From Prasinococcaceae sp. CCMP 1430 (taxonomy: Eukaryota; Plantae; Prasinodermophyta), in the NCBI GenBank assembly GCA_013416795.1, contig RQSC01000002.1:59442-123441 (forward strand): DNA of 64,000 bases. Direction: 5' to 3'. Both the position numbers and the translations under genes were made by a program. Positions 32,753-44,219 of the stretch are shown here, one piece after another. Each line of letters opens with the position of its first letter. Positions within the stretch are counted from its first letter, which is position 1. Under the pieces are notes generated by a model. That model worked only from the letters and a program-made list of their open reading frames with translations. It made no database searches and was not told where the DNA came from.

Positions 32753-35278
32753 GCACTGCCGCTATGGCGCCGCTGGCATCGACGCGGCGCCTTTGGCCCG
32801 CGAACGAGCGCGCCACCGACCGTGTCCGCGCTCGGGTTCGTGGCGCAGCTGCTCGGCGACAAGGGCGATGCAGCCCACGCGTGGCTGCCGCAGCACGGCG
32901 ACGCCGCGCTGGACCTCATGGGTCACGCGGCGCGCGCGCTGGGGTCGGTCGAGCTCATGTACACGCTTGCGGCGTCGCTGCTGGCGCTCACCGCCGCGCG
33001 GCACTACTCGAGGCACGGCACGACCTACGTAGCGCTGCTCGCGGCGGGCGCCGTCGCGGAGGCGGCACGCGCGCTCGGAGCGGTGAACGGGATCGAGGCG
33101 GCAAAGGTACGCACGGCGCGGACGCGCCGCCCTCGAATGCTGCGCGCCCAGTGGAAAATCGTGCTGACGCGCGTTCCCCTCCCCTGCGCCCGGACGCACG
33201 CGGGCAAGGCGGGCCTGGCGGCCCCTTGCTGCGCGCAGGACGCGACCGGCGACGCGAAGATGACGCGCCTGCAAGGCGACAGCGCGGGGCTCGGCGCGAT
33301 GCTCGCGGCGACGCTGGCGGGCATGGCCGCCAGTCCTGTCAAGGCTACGGCAGGAGGCAAAATTGAGCCTCGTCCTGCTGCTGCTGCGCCGGTGGAGCAA
33401 CCCCGTGCCAGCGCGGGACCAGCTGCCGCCAAAGCTGCCGCCACAGCTGCCGCCAAGGGGGGGGCAGCTGCGGCCGTCGTCGACAGCACCGGACACCGAC
33501 GCAGCCGGCCGCGCAGCTCCAGTGGTGGCCGTGGTCACCGCCGGAGCCGAAGCGACAGCTGCAGCCGCAGCCGTGGCAGGCCCTCCAGCGCTTGTGGCGG
33601 ACAGGGAGGCGAGGCGGCGGTCGGGGGCGGCGTGGTGCTCGCGGATGCGCCGGCCATGGAGGGCACCGAGATGCCCCCGCGTGCGGGCGTGCGGGCGGCG
33701 GTGAGGCAGCAGCAGCAGCAGCAGCAGCAGCAGCGGCGGCGGCGGCAGCAGGAGCAGCAGCAGGAGGGGCAGGAGCGGCAGCGGCCGCTGGGGTGCTCTC
33801 GGCCCCTAGGCAAGGACGGCGGCGCCATGCCGCGCGTGCCGTCGGCCGAGTCACTGGAGCGCATGCACGCCTTCAGGGCACGGCTCACGCCGTCGCCCTT
33901 CGACCTGCTAGATGAGCAGGAGAAGCGCAAGGGTGCGCGCGAAGGCCGCCAGCAGGAGTGCAGGGACAGCAGAAACACAAAGGACAAAGTATACGCAGGT
34001 GAGTGGGAGCGCATCTGCAACAAACACACTGCCAGGCTTGGCATCACCTCCTTCCAGCGGTCGGTCGAGGGCAAGGCGCACATGCAGTACTGGACGCGCC
34101 TTGAGTACCGCGCTTTGCCCGGCGGGGCGCGCGCAGCGTTGCGCTACTACAAGGACAACCAGGCGCAAGCGGATGTCGACACCACCACGGAGTCGTTCAA
34201 GCCCCTGCTCGAGCGGCCGGAGCGCGACTACGAGCTGCTCTACTGGGCCGTGCGCTATCCCTGGCCCATGGCGAACCGAGAGTACATCTTTGAGCGCACT
34301 ATCGACACCGACGAGGACGCCGGCGCGTTCTACATTCGCTCACAGCTTCCCACGGAGGAGAGCGCGCGGATACATGAGGCTTGCGGGCGCTGGCCCGCGC
34401 CACGCCGCGGCTACTGCCGTGTCAAGGAGTACGATTCGCTGGCTCGCATTGCCGAGCGGGTTGAGCCGGACGGCAGTGTGACCGTCGTAGAGGACCGCCT
34501 GTACTCCGAGAACAACGGCGTGGGCAATCAGGCTATGGTGAAGCGCATGGTGAAACACAAGATACCTAGCTTCTACACCGACCTGGACACCAACATGCGC
34601 GAGCATATTGCAACGACGCAGGCTGGGATGGCAGAGCAAGACGAGGAGGGCGTATTCCCAGTGTGCGGCGCGGCTGCGACCGCTGTGAAAGCGTCCCGTA
34701 CCAGGGCGCGCTCGTCGCCGGTCGAGCCGCTCGCCAAAGCCGGTGAGGCCAAGGCGGGTGCGCTCGTGAGCCCGGCGGCAGCTCCGGCGGCCACGACAGC
34801 TGCGAAGGTGAAAGAGAGTGCGCACCCGCTCTTGGTGACGCGCCGGCGCGCTCGTACGCTGAACATGGAGAGCTCGTCGAGCGATGCGAGCGACGTGGAC
34901 GCAGATGCTGAGTGCCACAACGCGGCGGTCTTCGACGCGCACTACATCGGTCCTGGTGACGGTGAAGCGATATCCCGCGCGACCGCGCGCGCGCACGCTG
35001 TCGCTGCTCGAGAGGCCGACTTGGATGCGGGCGGGCGCCGTGTGAGCCTCATCATGTCGCACGCGACACGCAAAGTGCGCCTGCAGCACCAGCAGCGGCA
35101 GCAGCAGCAGCAGCAGCGGCGGCCGCGGCAGGTGGGCAAGGACTGGCTGCGGCGCAGCGTGCCCGCCCTCGTCAACCGCACGATACCCGTAGTCATGGGG
35201 CTCGCCATGGCGATGCGCACCACGGGGAGCGCCGGCGTGGTGCGCCCCGCGCCGGCGACCTTCCGCTTCCTGCGGTGA
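32753..35278 (+). CDS. START-domain lipid-binding protein with N-terminal hydrophobic segments; 5' end uncertain
   Basis: Probable intron 33107-33238 (GTACGC...CTGAC...GCAG). START-like core WERI...ELLYWAVRYPWPMANREYIFER...PAPRRGYCRVKEYDS. Confidence 0.75.
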   Translation, partial: ALPLWRRWHRRGAFGPRTSAPPTVSALGFVAQLLGDKGDAAHAWLPQHGDAALDLMGHAARALGSVELMYTLAASLLALTAARHYSRHGTTYVALLAAGAVAEAARALGAVNGIEAAKVRTARTRRPRMLRAQWKIVLTRVPLPCARTHAGKAGLAAPCCAQDATGDAKMTRLQGDSAGLGAMLAATLAGMAASPVKATAGGKIEPRPAAAAPVEQPRASAGPAAAKAAATAAAKGGAAAAVVDSTGHRRSRPRSSSGGRGHRRSRSDSCSRSRGRPSSACGGQGGEAAVGGGVVLADAPAMEGTEMPPRAGVRAAVRQQQQQQQQQRRRRQQEQQQEGQERQRPLGCSRPLGKDGGAMPRVPSAESLERMHAFRARLTPSPFDLLDEQEKRKGAREGRQQECRDSRNTKDKVYAGEWERICNKHTARLGITSFQRSVEGKAHMQYWTRLEYRALPGGARAALRYYKDNQAQADVDTTTESFKPLLERPERDYELLYWAVRYPWPMANREYIFERTIDTDEDAGAFYIRSQLPTEESARIHEACGRWPAPRRGYCRVKEYDSLARIAERVEPDGSVTVVEDRLYSENNGVGNQAMVKRMVKHKIPSFYTDLDTNMREHIATTQAGMAEQDEEGVFPVCGAAATAVKASRTRARSSPVEPLAKAGEAKAGALVSPAAAPAATTAAKVKESAHPLLVTRRRARTLNMESSSSDASDVDADAECHNAAVFDAHYIGPGDGEAISRATARAHAVAAREADLDAGGRRVSLIMSHATRKVRLQHQQRQQQQQQRRPRQVGKDWLRRSVPALVNRTIPVVMGLAMAMRTTGSAGVVRPAPATFRFLR

Positions 35279-35329
35279 GGTATCTGGTACTATTCATGAA
35301 CATAAAATACATGGTATTGAGCGATGCGC

Positions 35330-35992
35330 TCACGCGCTCTTGCACTCGTACCGCAGGCTCTTGAGGTAGGCGAGCTCGCGTGCAGTATGCGCGAGCTCGC
35401 CTCTTAAGTACGCGACCACGCCGCAGGCACACGCTGGCGCTGCTGGGAGCCACGCCAGACTCCATGGGGATGGCAGGCCATACGTGTGCTCCTGCCAAAG
35501 CAGCGCACCCCAGAACAGGCTGACAACACCTGCTAGCACGCCCGCGACGAGGACGAGGGTCCTACTTGGCGGCCTTGCCTCGTTGCGTGCCAGAGCACAC
35601 GCGGCGGCAGCGCAGAGGAGGCACGCAGCCGTGCACACGTCGGCGGCCACAAACGTCGCGGCGCTCGCGCCGCTGTGCACGCCGAGCCGCGCATCGCGTG
35701 CGCGTTCAAGCGGCCTCAACGTGCTCGCCACTGCGCTGAGAGCGTACGCCCCTGCTCCAATCGCCAGCACGGCTGCCGCGGTCACCATCGAGACGCGCCG
35801 CTGCGCCGCGGCGTTCGCCTCAAGCTCGAAGATCACCGCGTCCTGCTCCTCCTCGTCGAGCACCGCCTCCTCGGCCTCGCCCCCGCTCCTGCGCGCCGTC
35901 GCCGCGGCCGCCGCCGCGGGACAGATGGCCGCCGCGCAGGCCGCGTGCTGAAGAGCACGCCGACTTGCGCGGCGACGGACGGGCTGGTGCAT
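35330..35992 (-). CDS. Small multi-pass membrane protein of unknown function
   Basis: LDEEEQDAVIFELE followed by about four hydrophobic segments, ending LKSLRYECKSA. Start codon uncertain. Confidence 0.6.
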   Translation of the reverse strand: MHQPVRRRASRRALQHAACAAAICPAAAAAATARRSGGEAEEAVLDEEEQDAVIFELEANAAAQRRVSMVTAAAVLAIGAGAYALSAVASTLRPLERARDARLGVHSGASAATFVAADVCTAACLLCAAAACALARNEARPPSRTLVLVAGVLAGVVSLFWGALLWQEHTYGLPSPWSLAWLPAAPACACGVVAYLRGELAHTARELAYLKSLRYECKSA

Positions 35993-37159
35993 CTGTACAC
36001 TACACAACGACCAGGCACAGAGTTGGGAGACGCCCGCGCAGGGGAGGAGCGAGAACTGCGGGCTTCTCCGTGACCCACTGTTGTATCAACACCATTATTT
36101 TTTGTTTGGCGCTTACGGCTTCGACACAGACAAGACTACTTTAAGCAAGAGGGCCAGCCATGCGAGCTGAGCGGGCGGCCCGCCCCGGGACCCTCCGGAG
36201 TGCCAGGCGGGCGAGCAAGATCGAGCGACGCAGCACACGGCCGCCGACAGGCCGGCCGCCCAGGCGGCACGTGTATACTCTCAGCGCCGACGAGCTCAGC
36301 AGCACGTATTAGGGTAGCGACATGAGAGCGGGCGCCTCTCGCTCGTGAGAGCGAAGAGCGGGGCGTCCGTCACCTTGTAACATTTTGAGTGCACACCCCG
36401 CCCCACGGCAGCGCCCTCGCGCGCGCGCGCGCGCGCGTGGCGGTGTGCCACGAAGGAGGCACGCGCGCAGCGAGGAGTGGAAGGCGGGGTGGGGGTGAGG
36501 GCGTGGGAGAGCTCGCGGCTCCCGCAGCTCACAGCAGCGCGGCGCGAGATTGTAAACCCTACCTCCTTCTCTTGTCACCACAAATACTGCCTTTGGGAGT
36601 TACGGTCCTTCGGATTCGGGACTCCCCAGTCCTGCACTCTGCCAAAACTCGGATGCACCGAGGCCCAGGCCGCCGCGCCCACGCCCGCTTTCTCGCCTGC
36701 GCTCCGACGTCCTCCGCGCGAGGGTGCGTTTTGACCGCGCGCGCGCGTCTCGCATTCCTTTTGACATGCTTTCCAAAGGCGTTCCCCGTGACGTGGGCGT
36801 GGGGCGCTCCGTGCGATTTGACACTTTGACCGGAACGGCGCACCGCCTCGGGCGCGCGCGCGCCCCGCCGGCGCCGGCCCCCGATCAGGGGCGCGCGTTT
36901 CTTTCGCGCCGGTTCCGTCGTTTCCGCGGGGAAAACGCCAGCCGAGGAGACCTCGCCGCGGGCGGGTGAGCCGGCGCGAATTCGCGCGGCGGAAAGTCGG
37001 GGCGCCGGCCGGGCCGGCCGATCGCTGCGAGGACGGGTGGCGAAGGGGCGCGGCGGCGCGCCACACGCACGCCGCGCGCCGCGCGGGCGGTGCGCGCCGT
37101 GTGGTGGTGGTGGTGGGGGGGGGGGAGCTGGGGGAACGTGAGAAAGGAGCGACGTAAGG

Positions 37160-40100
37160 ATGGGTTCCGGCCGGGGCGGGGGCGGCCGCGCGGCGGCGAG
37201 GACCAAGCTGGATGCCATGGAGCGCGGCGGCGCGGTCGCCTCGGACCGCGCCTCGTACGAGTGGACGGCCGCGAACAAGTTCTCCCACCTGTTCCTCCTG
37301 TACATGGGCTCGTTCATCTCCTTCGGCAAAAAGCACACGCTCGAGCAGCAGGACACCGTCAAGCCCGCGGGCTATCGGGAAGGGGAGGGGACAGACGAGG
37401 TGTCCGAGCGCTTCGCCGCCGCATGGGAGGCTCGCCGCAAGCACAAGGCAGCGGCTGGCCAGCCGCTCACAAAGTACGACTTCTTGAAGGCGCTCGTCGT
37501 CGGCTCGGAGATGAACCTGCTCGTCTCGGGCGTGCTCTACCTGCTGTTTCAGATGAGCCAGGTCGCGGGGCCTATCCTCATGGAGAGGATTATCAAGCTC
37601 ATCATCAAAAAGGACATTTTCTTCGACGGCGAGCTGTCGGACGAGGACAAATTCGACCTGTACCTGTACGCGTGCCTGCTCTTCGTTGTGCCTGTGATCG
37701 GCGCGTTGTGCCAGCACAACTCCACGCTGCTGTCGCAGAAGTGGGGGCTGCGCGCGCGCGCGGCGTCGATGGGCGCGCTCTACCGCAAGTGCCTCACGCT
37801 GGCGTCGGGCGCGACGCGCGAACAATCGACCGGGATGATTGTGACGATGATGTCCTCAGATGCGCAGAAGATGCTTGAGTTCACGCAGCCCATGCACAAC
37901 CTGTGGACCGGCCCGCTGTACATCGCGGTCATTTTCTATCTGCTGTACCAGCAGGTGGGCGTGGTTTTCCTCGTTGGCCTGGGCATCACCTTGGGGACGG
38001 GCCCGCTGACGGCCGTGGTGGCCAAAAAGCTCTTCTCGTACCGCCGCGAGGTGCTGCCCTTTACCGATGAGCGGACGAAGCTCACCGCGGAGGTCCTCGC
38101 CGGAGTGCGCGTGATCAAGTTCTACGGCTGGGAGGACTCTTTCATTGGGCGCATCACCCTCATGCGCGCACGCGAGCTCGCCGTCTTCGTCAAGGTGGCG
38201 ATCTGCCAGGGCGTCTTTGGCATGGTGCTCTTCGGCATCCCGCTCATCCAGAACGTGGTGGTGCTCGTCGTGTACTGGTCCACGGGGGGCGACCTCACGG
38301 CCTCCAAGGTCTTCACCACAATTACGCTTTTCAACATGATGAAGCTCCCGCTGGCGTTCGTGCCCATGCTGGCCTCGCAGGCAGCGCAGGTGCTCGTGAG
38401 CCTCGAGCGCTTCACGGCCTTCCTATCCACGGAGCAGGCCGACGCGCGCGATGAGGACTGCGCGCATGGGGCGGTGTCTTACAAGAATGCCACGCTCGAC
38501 TGGCAGGCGGGCGTCAAGGAGGGTGAGGAGGACAGCGAGGGTCCCACGCTCACCGGCGTTAACCTCGAAGTGCCGTCTGGCCAGCTCGCGATGGTGGTGG
38601 GCGCTGTGGGCTCCGGAAAGTCCAGCTTGTTGCAGGCGGCCATCAAGTCGATCAAGTGCGTCGAGGGCAGCGTGAGCGCCAACGGAAAGATCGCCTACGT
38701 CGCGCAGAGCGCATGGATTGTCAACGACACTCTGCGCAACAATGTGATCTTCGGGCGGCCCTTCAACCAGGAGCGCTACGACGCTGTGCTGGAGGCGTGC
38801 GAGCTGCGCGCCGACGTTGCCGTGCTCCCCGGCGGCGATCAGACGGAAATCGGCGAGCGTGGCATCAACCTCAGCGGTGGCCAGAAGCAGCGTGTCTCGC
38901 TCGCTCGTGCAGTGTACTCCGACGCCGACATCTACCTGCTCGACGACCCTCTGTCGGCGGTCGACGCGCACGTCGGGAAGGCGCTGCTCAAGAAGTGCGT
39001 GCTTGGGGTGCTGGCCTCGAAGACTGTCGTGCTGGCGACGAACGCCTTGCACGCGCTGCCGCAGGCCGAGTACGTGTACGTGCTGGGGCGCGGAACGGTG
39101 CTCGAGCAGGGCACCTACGAGGAGGTCTCCTCGGCGAAGGGTGAGTTTTCCGCGCTGATGGACAAGTACAACGTCGGCGAGGACGACGACGCACACCAAG
39201 ACGAGGCAGGGGCTGTTGGTGCCTCCGATGTCAAGGTGGAGGAGAAGGGCAAGTCTGCCGCCCCCGCCGGCGGTGTGGACAAGCTCGGTCGCAAAATGAC
39301 GCGGGAGCTGACCACAAAGGAGACGCGCGAGAAGGGTGACCTCAAGCTGAGCTACGTGTGGGCGTGGTTTGCCGCGGGCGGCGGCGCGGCCGTGTGGGTG
39401 CCGATCGTGCTCATGTTTTGCGCCGAACAGGCGACGCGCGCGCTGGCCAATCTGTACGCCGGCGAGTGGTCGGATGAGCTCACGGCGGCGAAGATCGCCA
39501 ACGATGCTGCCGACGATCTGGTGGGCTTTGAAGAGGTCAAGGTCAACTCCAACTGGTACATGGGTGTGTACGTCGGCTTCGTGGTCGCCAATGTTGTGGC
39601 GGTCGGTGCACGCTCGATGAGTGCCGCACTGGCGGCGGTGCGGGCGAGCCGCGGTTTGCAGAACGATCTGCTGAAGCACGTCCTGGTTCTACCCATGTCC
39701 TTCTTTGACACCACTCCACTGGGCCGTGTGCTCAACCGCTTCTCGAAGGACGTAGACATCATTGACTCGCAGCTGTCCATGATCCTCGGCCAAGCGGCTG
39801 GCTGCATGTTCAACATTCTGGCCGTCTTCGTGGTGGTGTCTTACGCGACGCCGCCCTTCCTCATCGGCTGTGTTGTGGTCGGCCTACTGTACGTGCAACT
39901 GCAGCGCTTCTACATCCCTGCTGCCCGTGAGCTCCAGCGCATGGAGAGCGTTAGTCGCTCGCCCATCTACTCGCTGTTCTCGGAGAGTCTGAACGGTGTG
40001 GCCACCATCCGCGCGTACGGTGAGCAGGACCGCTTCATCGCGAGATTCGACGGCGCGGCCGACGCGAACTCGTCGATGTTCTACCTGCAGCAGGCCGCCA

Positions 40101-41176
40101 ACGCTTGGCTGGGCATGCGCCTCGACGTGATGGGCAGCGTAGTGGTGCTGCTGGCGGCGGTGCTGTCAATCGCTCTCGATGTGGGGGCCGCCACCGCTGG
40201 CCTCTCGCTGAGCTACGCTTTGGAGCTGACCGCGTACCTCAAGTTCGGCACGCAGATGATTTCCAAGCTCGAGACGCAGTTCAATGCTGTGGAGCGCGTG
40301 GTTGGCTATCGCTCTGAGAAGGCTGAGCCGCCGCATGAGACCTCGCCCGAGGTGGAGAGGGCGCTGGTCGCCGCCGCGCCCAAGTGGCCCAGCCGTGGCC
40401 AGCTCGAGTTCGAAGACGTCACGCTCGCGTATCGCCCGGGCCTCGAGCCCGTGCTGCGTGGCGTCAGCTTCACCATCCAGGGTGGTGAGAAGGTGGGCAT
40501 CTGCGGTCGCACAGGAAGCGGCAAGAGCACGCTCTTTCTGGCGCTCTTCCGCCTCATCGAGGCAGATGCTGGCCGCATCTTGGTTGACGGACAGGATATT
40601 GCGCGCGTGGGTTTGGCGAGGCTGCGGCGGTCGCTCGCCATGATCCCGCAGGAGCCCTTCCTGTTTGCTGGAACGGTTCGCCTCAACGTCGACCCCTTCG
40701 GAGAAGCGAGCGATCACGACGTCTGGCGCGCGCTGGAGGCTGTGGAGCTGAAGGGCGCCGTGAATGAGCTCAAGGGTGGGCTTGACGCGCGCGTTGACGA
40801 GAGTGGCTCGAACTTCTCGCAGGGTCAGCAGCAGCTCTTCTGCATGGCGCGCGCTCTGCTGCGCAACGCGCCGCTGCTTTGCATGGATGAGGCGACCGCC
40901 TCGGTGGACATGGAGACGGACGACCTCATTCAACGTACGGTGCGCACGGCCTTCGCTGACTGCACGGTCATCACCATCGCGCACCGCCTCAACACCATCA
41001 TGGACTCCTCGCGCGTGCTGATGATGAGCGGAGGAGAGGTTGCGGAGATGGACAAGCCGTCCGTGCTGCTCGAGAGGCCCAACTCTAGCTTCAAGTCACT
41101 GGTGATGGCAACAGGCAGCAAGTCATTTGCCAGGCTTAAGAAGATCGCCTCGGACGCGGACATCGCCGAGGCCTAG
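37160..41176 (+). CDS. ABC transporter subfamily C (MRP-like), intronless
   Basis: TMD-NBD-TMD-NBD layout. GAVGSGKS, GERGINLSGGQKQR, YLLDDPLSAVDAHVG, FFDTTPLGRVLNRFSKD, GRTGSGKS, NFSQGQQQL, MDEATAS, IAHRL. Confidence 0.96.
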   Translation: MGSGRGGGGRAAARTKLDAMERGGAVASDRASYEWTAANKFSHLFLLYMGSFISFGKKHTLEQQDTVKPAGYREGEGTDEVSERFAAAWEARRKHKAAAGQPLTKYDFLKALVVGSEMNLLVSGVLYLLFQMSQVAGPILMERIIKLIIKKDIFFDGELSDEDKFDLYLYACLLFVVPVIGALCQHNSTLLSQKWGLRARAASMGALYRKCLTLASGATREQSTGMIVTMMSSDAQKMLEFTQPMHNLWTGPLYIAVIFYLLYQQVGVVFLVGLGITLGTGPLTAVVAKKLFSYRREVLPFTDERTKLTAEVLAGVRVIKFYGWEDSFIGRITLMRARELAVFVKVAICQGVFGMVLFGIPLIQNVVVLVVYWSTGGDLTASKVFTTITLFNMMKLPLAFVPMLASQAAQVLVSLERFTAFLSTEQADARDEDCAHGAVSYKNATLDWQAGVKEGEEDSEGPTLTGVNLEVPSGQLAMVVGAVGSGKSSLLQAAIKSIKCVEGSVSANGKIAYVAQSAWIVNDTLRNNVIFGRPFNQERYDAVLEACELRADVAVLPGGDQTEIGERGINLSGGQKQRVSLARAVYSDADIYLLDDPLSAVDAHVGKALLKKCVLGVLASKTVVLATNALHALPQAEYVYVLGRGTVLEQGTYEEVSSAKGEFSALMDKYNVGEDDDAHQDEAGAVGASDVKVEEKGKSAAPAGGVDKLGRKMTRELTTKETREKGDLKLSYVWAWFAAGGGAAVWVPIVLMFCAEQATRALANLYAGEWSDELTAAKIANDAADDLVGFEEVKVNSNWYMGVYVGFVVANVVAVGARSMSAALAAVRASRGLQNDLLKHVLVLPMSFFDTTPLGRVLNRFSKDVDIIDSQLSMILGQAAGCMFNILAVFVVVSYATPPFLIGCVVVGLLYVQLQRFYIPAARELQRMESVSRSPIYSLFSESLNGVATIRAYGEQDRFIARFDGAADANSSMFYLQQAANAWLGMRLDVMGSVVVLLAAVLSIALDVGAATAGLSLSYALELTAYLKFGTQMISKLETQFNAVERVVGYRSEKAEPPHETSPEVERALVAAAPKWPSRGQLEFEDVTLAYRPGLEPVLRGVSFTIQGGEKVGICGRTGSGKSTLFLALFRLIEADAGRILVDGQDIARVGLARLRRSLAMIPQEPFLFAGTVRLNVDPFGEASDHDVWRALEAVELKGAVNELKGGLDARVDESGSNFSQGQQQLFCMARALLRNAPLLCMDEATASVDMETDDLIQRTVRTAFADCTVITIAHRLNTIMDSSRVLMMSGGEVAEMDKPSVLLERPNSSFKSLVMATGSKSFARLKKIASDADIAEA

Positions 41177-41198
41177 GCGCAGCACACGCGCGACCACT

Positions 41199-41203
41199 TG
41201 TAA
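41199..41203 (+). terminator. TGTAA green-algal polyadenylation-type signal (example, after ABCC)
   Basis: TGTAA 22 nt after the ABCC stop. Also at 18276 (CLUAP1), 49067 (SerRS), and on the minus strand at 23203-23207 (copine) and 56575-56579 (FKBP). Confidence 0.55.
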
Positions 41204-41349
41204 TAGTCCTCATTTATTTGCATAATATTGGTGTGCGTCAGTGCGCTGGGATTAAGGGCTGGCACTGTAACGACCTTCGGCTCGGTTGCGTCCGAACGCC
41301 GCTAGTAGGCTTCGGGAGGGGCTAGGGAGGAGCATGCATTCGCGTGCAA

Positions 41350-43246
41350 TCAAAAATGCATGAGTGACTTCATGCTGTTCGAGCGCTCCATGCCAAAGTC
41401 CGCGCGATTGCCATCGCGCATGAGCGCGCAAAACTCGGCGTAGTTGACGTAACCTGATTTCACCCGTGCCAAAAGACGGCGGCGCGGCCAGCTCGTGTCA
41501 GAACGCTGCAGCTCCCCGAGCACGACAACCTGCGCGGCACCGCACGCACACCGCGGGCGTCTTCAGACCGCTGATGGCACGTACCGTCACCGTTCTTGTC
41601 CACCTGCTTCATGATGTCAGACACCTCTTCCGATGAGATGCTCATGTCGGAAGCCTTGAGGCCCTCGTGTATCTCGTCGTGAGTGATGAAGCCGTCGCCG
41701 TTCTTATCAAAGAACTCGAACGCGCGTACCATGTTCGAGTGCTTCTCCAGCTTGGAGAAGTGAATAGTGGCGGCGATAAACTCCTGGTAATCGATTGAGC
41801 CATTCTGGTCGTAGTCCATCTCCTCCATGAACTTCCTGACCTCCCTGTCGTCGGGACGAGACTTGGACATCTTGCCCAGGCCCTCGCGCAGCTCCTCGAA
41901 GGTGATTGAGCCACTCTTGTCGGTGTCCATGGTGATGAACATCTGACGTAGGCCCTCGATCTCCTCCGGGCTCAGCCCCTGGGCAACGACCTGCAGCGCG
42001 CGCTTCTTCATGCGGTTGATGCGCGAGAAGTGGCGCATGCGCTTGACGATCTCTGGCGCGAGCGGCTCGTCGGACACCGAGTTCTCGTCAGCGACCCACG
42101 GCATCTGGAGCACGTCCGCCGCCGTTGGACGCTCCTTGGCATCATACACCAGCATACGCTTCACGGTGTCCTTGGCAGCCTGCGACACGCTCGGCCACGG
42201 CGCGTGCGAGAAGTCTACTTTGCCCTTGAGGATCGACGCGAAGATGCCCTGCTCTGTCTCGGGGTACGACCAGAAGGGGGGCGAGCCGCTTAGCATGATG
42301 AAAAGGATCACGCCCGCCGACCAGATGTCCGCCTTCTCATCGTAGTCCTTCTTGAGTACCTCAGGGGCAACGTAGTACGCCGAGCCCACTAGGTCCTTGA
42401 AGCGGTCGCCGGCTTTGTAGAAAGTGCTCAGGCCAAAGTCCGTGGCTTTGAGCCTAGCCTTGCCCTTCTTGGATTCGAGTAGGAAGTTTTCCGGTTTCAG
42501 GTCGCGGTGCATCACGCCAAGCTCGTGGCAGTGCCTGATGACCTCGAGGACGGTCTTGATGGACCTGCTCGCGTCCCTCTCGCTGTAATGGCCCTTCGCG
42601 ACGATGGAGTCGAACAGCTCGCCGCCCGAGCACCACTCCTCCACCAGGTGGATGGCCTTGTGGTCCTCGAACGTGTCGATCAGACCGACGATGTTGTCGT
42701 GTCCGGTCAGGTGATGCATGATCTGAACCTCGCGTTGCGCGTCCTTAATGTCGCTCGGGTTGTACAGCTTTCCCTTTGAGATGGTCTTCACCGCCACCTT
42801 GGCACCCGTGGCCCGATTTGTGGCGAGCGCACATATGCCAAACTGGCCGCGGCCAAGCTCCTTGCCGAGCTCGTACTGTGCACGGGTCGCGGCGGCCCAC
42901 GGGCGACACGGCGGGGCGCAGGCGGCGAGGCAGAGCGCGGGTGATGTGGCAGCCAGCCGCAGGCAGGGTCGACCGCGCGGACGAGGACGGGCAGGCAACG
43001 GAGCAACGCGGGCGAGTGTGCAAGCACGCGATGGTGCATCGCGTCAGCACGGGGGGGTGAGAGGGGGGGAGGGGAGGGGGGGTCGCGCGGTTCATGTGAG
43101 CGGCCGAGCGAGCGAGCGAAAGTGTTGACCGCGGGCGTGTATGAACGGCGCACGCGACCGGGCACGTGGCGACTCACCACATCCTTGATTCTGCGCATCT
43201 TCTTGCCCGCCAGAATGACACAGTCTTGGTCCTCCAACTTCCCCAT
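41350..43246 (-). CDS. Calcium-dependent protein kinase (CDPK/CPK)
   Basis: Exons 43246-43178, 42875-41585 and 41453-41350. Kinase motifs GRGQFG, HRDLKPEN, DFG, GSAYYVAPE, then the junction and four EF hands. MG start; further upstream exons not excluded. Confidence 0.94.
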
Positions 43247-44219
43247 GGCGTCCTTGCCGTCTGTGTCTGCAGAGTCTTCTGCGTCGGGGAAGGGCCTCTT
43301 GCCGAGCGCGCTCGTGATCGCGCTCCGGCACGCGCGCGCTGCGCGCGCGCGCGGCCGTCCACGTCACGAGACTGCGGCGAAGAAAAAGGGGGGGGGGGGG
43401 GAGGCGCAACGGCGCGCGGTTCTCCCCTTCACGCGCACAGAGGTGAAGGGGGCGAGGCTCGGTGCGCAGCGCGCTCTGTGGCGCGCACGCGCTCGAGGCC
43501 GAGGGCGCGCTGGCCGGTCGCGCGGTGCAGGCACACAGACTCCAAAAGCGGCCATGCACGAAAGAAGCATCTGCTCCGCCTGGTTGGAAACGGAGGCAAG
43601 CCGGGGAACGCCCATGGACGGGGAACGCGCACCCCAACTCAAAAACTCTCCTTGTTTGGGGGGCAGGGAGGGGGGAGGCGGCGCGCGCGCGCGCGCGCCG
43701 ACAACCGCCCTGCCCACGCTCGCATCCTCCCCGTTCGAACCCCGACCGGACGACTGAACCACCAACCGACGGGCTGCGCGCGTTTGCCTGCCAGAGATAT
43801 GTTCGGTGGGGGTTGGTCACAGTCAGTCCGGCCGCGCTTTCCCCCGCCCCTGTCTGTTGTCCGTCCGCAGGGTTGCGTTGCTCAACCGGGGCTCTCCGCG
43901 CGCGCGCCTTGCTTGGGGAACAGCCGCCTCGGCCGGCGGCGCGACGACGAAACGCGAACATTTCCGCAGTGTCCACAGCTGTCCGTCGTTGCGTTGCTTC
44001 GTCCAGGCCCGTGTCCTCTCTCATGGAGGCGTAGCAGCACGAGCACAGTGCACCCCACCGACCTGACAACCGACCCCCTCCCCCCTGCGCTCGTCGCACG
44101 CGCGCGCGCCCAGGCACCAGGTGGGGGCCTCGAAGGGGAAAGGGACAGGGCGAACGGGGCGTGTGTGTCACAAAGACGTGTGTTTATTTATCTAGCCAAA
44201 CTTCTCTGCCCTCAGCGCC

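Noticed and set aside
43250-44171. 359-aa ORF upstream of CDPK as a separate gene or N-terminal extension
   Set aside because: No recognisable motifs and I could not establish splice phases. The MG start at 43246 already gives a complete CDPK.
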